Below are positions 26,951-32,000 of a DNA stretch of 32,000 bases, piece by piece; positions within the stretch are counted from its first letter, which is position 1; each line of letters begins with the position of its first letter. Where the stretch lies: positions 2,130,001 through 2,162,000 of the forward strand of contig NZ_CP017260.1 of NCBI RefSeq assembly GCF_001735745.1, read 5' to 3'. The notes below the pieces were generated by a model. The model searched no databases and was not told the origin of the DNA. It saw only the letters and a list, made by a program, of their open reading frames with translations. The DNA is from Formosa sp. Hel1_33_131 (GTDB lineage: Bacteria > Bacteroidota > Bacteroidia > Flavobacteriales > Flavobacteriaceae). Made by a program: the position numbers and the translations under genes.

Positions 26951-27778
26951 TTATTTCAGATAACTACCAAAATATTTATTTACTGTATCTAAATCATATT
27001 TATCTTCTCCTCTCCAATATTCAGCGAAAGTCCAGTCATTCTTTCCTCTAATGGGTCTGTCGTAACTTTTGGGTTTTAGTATTCCAATTGCTGCTAAAAT
27101 TTCAATCAAAACTTCCCTTTCCGTTTTACTTGATTTTAGTGTATCTTTTAGTCTTGTTTCTAACTTTCCGGGATAATCATTTGCACCAGAGGTTTCAATA
27201 GTTCTTAGAATGTTTTTTAAAATATCAACATCCTCTTTCAACGGTTCTTGAATTTGTTCTCTTTCAAACTGTTGTAAATCAAATAATATATATACTAAAT
27301 CTCCGTGTCGAATACCTCCCCACTTTAACCTTTCAAAGTTAAGTACGTTTAAATCTTGTTCTTCGTACTTTTCATCTCCAATAACACCATATTGTACTTC
27401 CTTACAAATTTCACAAGTGTAGGAATGAAATTTAGGCTTTCCATCCACATAAGAAGTTCCTGATATAACTGGCGAATATTTGTGTTTTGTAAACTTATTA
27501 GCTAAAAAATAAGTTGATAATGAAGAACGTAACTCAAGTCTTTTTGAAGAAAGGCTACTTAGAAATGCTTTAGAAATGTTTTCTATACTAATTTTATCCT
27601 TAATGAGTATAATTTTTTCTATGCATTCATTGTGACTAATGTTTAAAGGTTCAAACATCAAGCCCTTTGATTTAGCATATTCAAAATCCTCTTTTGATAG
27701 TTGTCTATCTTTAGAGTCAACCCAACCATTTTCCCAAAATGATTTAAATAAAATCTGTTTTGCTTTTTTATCTAACAT
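26951..27778 (-). CDS. Hypothetical protein (275 aa), family not recognised
   Basis: Clean ORF with an ATG start and no signal peptide. The only notable strings are FHSYTCEICKE and LKWGGIRHGD. Confidence 0.55.
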   Translation of the reverse strand: MLDKKAKQILFKSFWENGWVDSKDRQLSKEDFEYAKSKGLMFEPLNISHNECIEKIILIKDKISIENISKAFLSSLSSKRLELRSSLSTYFLANKFTKHKYSPVISGTSYVDGKPKFHSYTCEICKEVQYGVIGDEKYEEQDLNVLNFERLKWGGIRHGDLVYILFDLQQFEREQIQEPLKEDVDILKNILRTIETSGANDYPGKLETRLKDTLKSSKTEREVLIEILAAIGILKPKSYDRPIRGKNDWTFAEYWRGEDKYDLDTVNKYFGSYLK

Positions 27779-27968
27779 TATTTTCTACTTTACTTCAACT
27801 AGTGTTGTTTATCCTTTATATTTTTTGTCGAGGGTCACAATACGTCTTATATCAGCGTGTATTGTGTCACTCTTTTTTCTAAGCATTTTGCTTGTGCTTT
27901 CTGGTTTTAGTGTTCTCAATTTGTACCATTCATGCAAGTGTTATGCTAGCAACCACAGATAAACTTAG

Positions 27969-28946
27969 TTAGTTTTCTTTTTCAGCTTCCATTTTTTTGA
28001 CTCTCTCTTTATGTTTTTCAAGATCCCATGTAAAACCAAAACGTCCCACATAATCAGCAAGGGGTCCAAGTCCAACTTCAGAGCGTTTAACATCTACATT
28101 TTCTGGGTCAATTAATGGTGCTACATATTTTTCTTTTGTGTCTTTATCTGTATGTATTTGACTTCCATAAATTTGTCGTTTACCTTGCCTTAATGCAACT
28201 CTATCTTCTAAAAGAGCCAAACTACTTCCGCGTGCATTTCCTTTAGTGACGGCTTCTCTCATCATTGGTAAATATTTAAGTTGAGTTTCAAGGTCAGAAT
28301 GTTGAATCACCAAGAATAGTGTATTATTGCCTTGCCGACCAATGATGTCGGTACCTAACCAACCTCTTTCATTAAGGATTTTTTCAATTTTGATGAGATT
28401 TATAGAATCTTTCTCACCTATAATTTTCCAATGTGCTTTCATCTCTTCTGATTGTCTGCCATATTTTTCTTTTATTTCTCCAATTTGCCTTCTATAGCTT
28501 TGATCTTCTTTGAAGATTAAGTCAAGAGTAGCAACCAAAGGTTTGTCTAAATCTTTTTCTGCGATTTCTTTATTTTTTGTAACAATACGGATGACTTCTT
28601 CCCATCTTTTGTCTGAATGCAGTGAGTTTAAATCTGAATCTGTCGTAATATGTCCAAGATTGGTGTAGTTACCATTTTTAGCAATTTTAAATAATTGAAC
28701 AAATGAAGCATCAATGTTATTTGCTAAAGCCCATGAACAAGCAGCGTTATATCGGTCTCTTCCTTTTTCAGTACTTTTCATACCAACTAATGCTTCTGCA
28801 TATTTTTCACCCGATTTTAAATATTCTTTTGAGTCGTATAAATCCCATGCTTCTTTGATTAATTCAGAATAGGTCTGTTTCTCTTGACCAAATGTTTGAT
28901 TAAACATTAAAAGCCCAATGACTGTAATTAAAATTCTTGTTTTCAT
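27969..28946 (-). CDS. Secreted protein: N-terminal TPR-like module + C-terminal domain resembling DUF6624 (from memory)
   Basis: Signal peptide, YNAACSWALANNIDASF...DSDLNSLHSDKRWEEV, then LFLVIQHSDL...YLPMMREAV...LALLEDRVALRQGKRQIYGSQ. The start is 21 bp after the dps stop. Confidence 0.6.
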   Translation of the reverse strand: MKTRILITVIGLLMFNQTFGQEKQTYSELIKEAWDLYDSKEYLKSGEKYAEALVGMKSTEKGRDRYNAACSWALANNIDASFVQLFKIAKNGNYTNLGHITTDSDLNSLHSDKRWEEVIRIVTKNKEIAEKDLDKPLVATLDLIFKEDQSYRRQIGEIKEKYGRQSEEMKAHWKIIGEKDSINLIKIEKILNERGWLGTDIIGRQGNNTLFLVIQHSDLETQLKYLPMMREAVTKGNARGSSLALLEDRVALRQGKRQIYGSQIHTDKDTKEKYVAPLIDPENVDVKRSEVGLGPLADYVGRFGFTWDLEKHKERVKKMEAEKEN

Positions 28947-28967
28947 GTCTTTGTTTTTATTGTTTTT

Positions 28968-29435
28968 TTAACTCAAATAAGAATTCAGCATCCACAATGT
29001 TTTTTCAGTTTGAGAAATGTAATCACTCATTAAACTGACGGTTCCTTCATCGTCTGTATTTGAGGCAAGGGACAGAATGGCTCGTTCCTTAGCGATCAAA
29101 ATCTTAAAATTATTTATAATAATTTCAACCCCTTTTTTTCCGTTGACAATGTTTTTTTCTTCCTTTATTTCAGCCGTTTGTAGATAGTCTGAATAGGTGT
29201 GAAACGGTTCTCCTTCAAGTGTTAAAATACGTTCTGCAATTTCATCTACTTTTAGTACAGCATCATTGTAAAATTCTTCAAACTTAACATGCAGTTCGAA
29301 GAATTCTTTCCCTTTGATGTTCCAGTGCAATCCTCTTAGGTTTTGGTAAAACAATTGGTAGTTTGCCAATAAGTCATTTAATTCTCGACTCAGTTCAGTC
29401 GCTTTTTCTTTGTCTAATCCAATGATGTTTTTCAT
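28968..29435 (-). CDS. dps: Dps-family DNA-protection/ferritin-like protein
   Basis: LNDLLANYQLFYQNLRGLHWNIKG..FFELHVKFEEFY...DEIAERI are Dps ferroxidase-site helices. 155 aa. Confidence 0.9.
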   Translation of the reverse strand: MKNIIGLDKEKATELSRELNDLLANYQLFYQNLRGLHWNIKGKEFFELHVKFEEFYNDAVLKVDEIAERILTLEGEPFHTYSDYLQTAEIKEEKNIVNGKKGVEIIINNFKILIAKERAILSLASNTDDEGTVSLMSDYISQTEKTLWMLNSYLS

Positions 29436-29647
29436 GTGTTTATATTTAATTTGTTAAATCCCTCTAATCCTCGCTTAAATAGCGTTGAAAACGGTTTAAA
29501 ATTTACAATAAAAATATCTTACTCTTGATTCAATTAGTTCTGAAGAAATAGATTTGGGATCTAAATCTGAGATAAATTTAAGAAAATAAAATTGTATTTC
29601 AAATTAAATCAGAAATTTAACGTTTGCTAAATTCAATTCCTACGATT

Positions 29648-29665
29648 CGATCTTCTAGAAGATCG
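29648..29665. promoter_or_regulatory. 18-bp perfect palindrome CGATCTTCTAGAAGATCG
   Basis: Read directly from the sequence. It lies 75 bp upstream of the methyltransferase ATG in the dps/methyltransferase divergent spacer. Confidence 0.5.
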
Positions 29666-29739
29666 CTATAGAATGGAGTTTAAAAAAGTATCTTTGTCGC
29701 AGTTGTATTTTTCTTATACGACGCTACTAAAAACGCCAC

Positions 29740-30810
29740 ATGATTACAATAAACGATATAAATAAGCCAACTCCCATTACGAGTTCAAAAGCACAATTAG
29801 AGTTGTTCAATCGCTCTTCAGATGTGAAAGGGACGATTCGATCTTTAGAATCGGGAAGGCCCGTATTGATTACCGCCTTTTACAGCAATGGACTGACACT
29901 TTTGAAGGAGTTGCAAACCCATCTAAAACGAAAATTCTCAGGAACTTCTTTTAAAGAACAACGTGCTTATAGAGATGCATATCGAAAATTGTCCAAGCTT
30001 ATTTTAATCGAAATTGCAGATCATAAATTGGTCGTTAAAAAAGCACCTTCTATTGGTTGGCTAGAAACATTTTATCCAGAAGCCAGTGAATTCTTGTTGC
30101 CTTTCCCTAAAGTTCAAGGATTGAACAGTGCGTGGCAGTGGTACCAAAACGGGATTACGGTTCCCGTATTGCGAAATAAAATACATCCCTATTACGGGAC
30201 GTATTTCCCAACCCGTTTTGACCATTTGATTCTTTTTGACAATTGGCTAAAACGGTACGAAGGTCCTAAAAAATCCGCCATCGATGTAGGAATTGGAAGT
30301 GGTGTTTTGTCCTTTCAGATGGTGAAACACGGCTTCCAAAAAGTATTTGGAACCGACACCAATCCCAATGCGATTGTAGGGCTCAAAGAATTTATGGGCG
30401 ACACAAAGCTGTCTCGTAAAGTAGAACTCGATTTTGGATCTCTTTTTGGAAAATGGGAAAAACCCAGCGAGTTGATTGTTTTTAATCCTCCTTGGTTGCC
30501 AGCAGCTCATAACTTAGATAAAAATGACGAAGCCATTTATTACAACGAAACGCTTTTTCCTAAGTTTTTTGAGGCGGCCAAACAACGCCTCTCTTCAGAT
30601 GGAAAATTGGTTGTGATATTTTCTAATTTAGCGCAAATTACAAAGGCTACAACCGATCATCCTATTGAAAAAGAACTTGCCAGTGGTGGTAGATTTCAAT
30701 TGGAAAAATGTCTTAAAAGACCTGTTAAAGTTGCTTCCGACAAAACCAAACGCGACCAACATTGGCGTGCGTCCGAAGAAGTAGAGCTGTGGGTGTTGAG
30801 GCATTTGTAG
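29740..30810 (+). CDS. Class I SAM-dependent methyltransferase with an NPPW motif and an N-terminal extension of about 170 aa
   Basis: SAM motif I is IDVGIGSGVLS, followed by an acidic GTDTN, and motif IV is VFNPPWLP. The N-terminal half is unrecognised. Confidence 0.7.
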   Translation: MITINDINKPTPITSSKAQLELFNRSSDVKGTIRSLESGRPVLITAFYSNGLTLLKELQTHLKRKFSGTSFKEQRAYRDAYRKLSKLILIEIADHKLVVKKAPSIGWLETFYPEASEFLLPFPKVQGLNSAWQWYQNGITVPVLRNKIHPYYGTYFPTRFDHLILFDNWLKRYEGPKKSAIDVGIGSGVLSFQMVKHGFQKVFGTDTNPNAIVGLKEFMGDTKLSRKVELDFGSLFGKWEKPSELIVFNPPWLPAAHNLDKNDEAIYYNETLFPKFFEAAKQRLSSDGKLVVIFSNLAQITKATTDHPIEKELASGGRFQLEKCLKRPVKVASDKTKRDQHWRASEEVELWVLRHL

Positions 30811-30880
30811 GTTGTTCTATGTCACCACGCTAAAGCGTGGCGCTAGCTGGCGTTTACGGTCTATTTTTAAGACACTGTGT

Positions 30881-31057
30881 TTACTGTTTTTTATATTTAT
30901 TTCGATTAATCAACCACAAACTAGTTCCAAAAAATGTGAAATAAAATAGGAAATCCCAAACACTAAATTCACCATTTTTAAAATAATGAAATGCTGACAT
31001 TCCAATAGCATACCCTATTCCACATAGAAAACTATTTTTTATGTTTTTCTTGTTCAT
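30881..31057 (-). CDS. Possible small membrane protein (58 aa, below the track cutoff)
   Basis: My own translation: MNKKNIKNSFLCGIGYAIGMSAFHYFKNGEFSVWDFLFYFTFFGTSLWLINRNKYKKQ. ATG at 31055-31057 and TAA at 30881-30883, with two hydrophobic stretches. Confidence 0.3.
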   Translation of the reverse strand: MNKKNIKNSFLCGIGYAIGMSAFHYFKNGEFSVWDFLFYFTFFGTSLWLINRNKYKKQ

Positions 31058-31199
31058 ATTTAAAAATTTAATTCCCCATTTGCGTAAAGTTTGACTTCGT
31101 CGAATCTTCGATTTCCCGACTTTGAGTTGTTTGTTTAGTGTTTCCAGTATTCAATTTTCTGTTAGCATTCAAAACGGATTCTCTATATTTTTTTATTTA

Positions 31200-31430
31200 T
31201 GTTGCGCGAAGTCGGGAGACTTTGCCTTTAGATTTACATTTTAGAAAATAACTATTATCTTGTTAATAAAAAAGAATGGGGTGAACTTTAGACTTTGCTA
31301 GCTACAGAACTATGTTGCGTATTAGTCCCCATTCTTTTATTTCGATTACAAAAGGACCAAATAGAATTTCAATCAGCCTCATTAAAGGTTTTAGTCAATG
31401 TAATCATTTTATTAACTTAATAACAAAAGT
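31200..31430 (+). ncRNA. Non-coding arm upstream of the IS110-family transposase gene; candidate bridge-RNA-type structured RNA
   Basis: 12-bp perfect stem AAAAGAATGGGG (31270-31281) / CCCCATTCTTTT (31327-31338) enclosing 45 nt. The words GACTTTGC and CTTTAGA are repeated in permuted order at 31218-31232 and 31286-31298. The boundaries are guesses. Confidence 0.3.
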
Positions 31431-32000
31431 ATGAAAATTAAAGAAACAATTGGCATTGATGTTAGCAAGCTTACTATTGATGTGACCGTCCATTCAAACA
31501 AGGCTTATTGTAAGTTTGAAAACACAGTAAAAGATTTTAAAAAAATGGTGAACTGGGTATTTAAACAAAGTCCTTTCAGTCCTGAAAATGTATTATTTGT
31601 CTTTGAACATACCGGACTTTATTCTCACAGATTAGCTGTTTATTTAACCAAGGAGAATATTTCTTTTTCGATGGTCCCTGGTCTTGAAATAAAACGTTCT
31701 TTAGGAATTGTAAGAGGAAAAGATGACAGGGTTGACTCTCGCTCAATAGCCCGATATGGATATAGATTGAGAGATGAAATAAGTCCCTGTAAATTACCCT
31801 CAAAAGAATTAAAATCACTGAAAACACTTTTAGCATTAAGAGAAACAAAAGTAAAACAAAGGTCTGGTGATAAAGCTTTACTGAAGGAATACAAGTTAGT
31901 TTACATCAGAAAAGACAACGAAATTGTATTTAAAATTTTAGAAAAAAGCATTAAAAGTTTATCCAAATATATTTCTGAAATAGAGCAAGAAATGGACAAA
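31431..32000 (+). CDS. IS110-family (DEDD) transposase, N-terminal 190 codons (3' end outside window)
   Basis: My own translation: MKIKETIGIDVSKLTIDVTVHS...VLFVFEHTGLYSHRLAVYL...GKDDRVDSRSIARY. It shows the IGIDVSK, FEHTG and KxDxxD signatures of the IS110 N-terminal domain. The frame is open to base 32000, so it is absent from the ORF track. Confidence 0.8.
   Translation, partial: MKIKETIGIDVSKLTIDVTVHSNKAYCKFENTVKDFKKMVNWVFKQSPFSPENVLFVFEHTGLYSHRLAVYLTKENISFSMVPGLEIKRSLGIVRGKDDRVDSRSIARYGYRLRDEISPCKLPSKELKSLKTLLALRETKVKQRSGDKALLKEYKLVYIRKDNEIVFKILEKSIKSLSKYISEIEQEMDK

Larger units (their letters stand above)
31200..32000 (+). mobile_element. IS110-family insertion sequence, partial (left boundary uncertain, right end outside window)
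   Basis: Transposase gene plus an upstream non-coding arm. IS110 elements lack classical terminal inverted repeats, so the left end cannot be fixed from this window. Confidence 0.6.

Noticed and set aside
26165-28946. Possible GC-content drop across the three-gene block as evidence of horizontal transfer
   Set aside because: Spot counts of several 60-bp lines gave 25-42% GC, which overlaps the values from core genes. I cannot support a compositional claim without computation.
30820-30850. Hairpin CCACGC-TAAA-GCGTGG after the methyltransferase stop, considered as a terminator
   Set aside because: The stem is only 6-8 bp and no adjacent U-tract follows. It may be a weak terminator or a repeat fragment, and the support is too thin to list as a feature.
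26912-31302. GCTAGC hexamers recurring in spacers (26912, 27945, 30842, 31297), one fused to CTCGAG; these looked like cloning-site scars or a shared motif
   Set aside because: A rough expectation for this composition is about 3 per 32 kb and I found 5, one of them inside the lectin gene at 6690. The flanks do not align convincingly.
31576-31894. Two minus-strand ORFs (90 and 84 aa)
   Set aside because: They are antisense to the IS110 transposase reading frame, which has clear family motifs.
1-32000. Scan for CRISPR arrays, tRNA/rRNA genes, and restriction-modification or toxin-antitoxin pairs
   Set aside because: I saw no regularly spaced short repeats, no tRNA-like T-arm/acceptor patterns, and no adjacent small-gene pairs with toxin/antitoxin character.

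Overview
AT-rich window that reads like a Flavobacteriaceae (Bacteroidota) chromosome. Supporting signs are a T9SS C-terminal sorting domain, a type III glutamine synthetase, a TPR/HisKA_3 sensor kinase and TAnnTTTG-type -7 boxes. Most of it is housekeeping: glnII/glnN, purM, prfA, pyrF, crcB, an M49 dipeptidyl-peptidase, ilvE, mnmD, grpE-dnaJ and dps. I found no rRNA, tRNA or CRISPR array. Six things are not routine. (1) A perfect 327-bp in-frame tandem duplication covers the 3' end (LuxR HTH plus stop codon) of a NarL-type response-regulator gene at 341-994. (2) An orphan LytTR regulator appears to have Asn in place of the phospho-acceptor Asp. Next to it sit a 9-bp direct repeat with a 12-bp spacer (classic LytTR site geometry), an unannotated 53-aa lipoprotein ORF and the kinase/regulator operon. 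(3) The 450-bp glnN-purM spacer is full of repeats, and one short GTCGAAGTG/CACTGAGC-type element recurs elsewhere in the window. (4) Three uncharacterised genes form a block between the hemolysin-III gene and dps. (5) An orphan NPPW-motif methyltransferase has an 18-bp perfect palindrome upstream. (6) An IS110-family element is cut by the window end. Its upstream non-coding arm has a 12-bp stem and repeated GACTTTG words, which fits a bridge-RNA-type non-coding RNA. I cannot name any complete new system from sequence alone. The LytTR module, the tandem duplication, the three-gene block and the IS110 non-coding arm are the best leads. All family assignments come from motif recognition by eye, not from searches.
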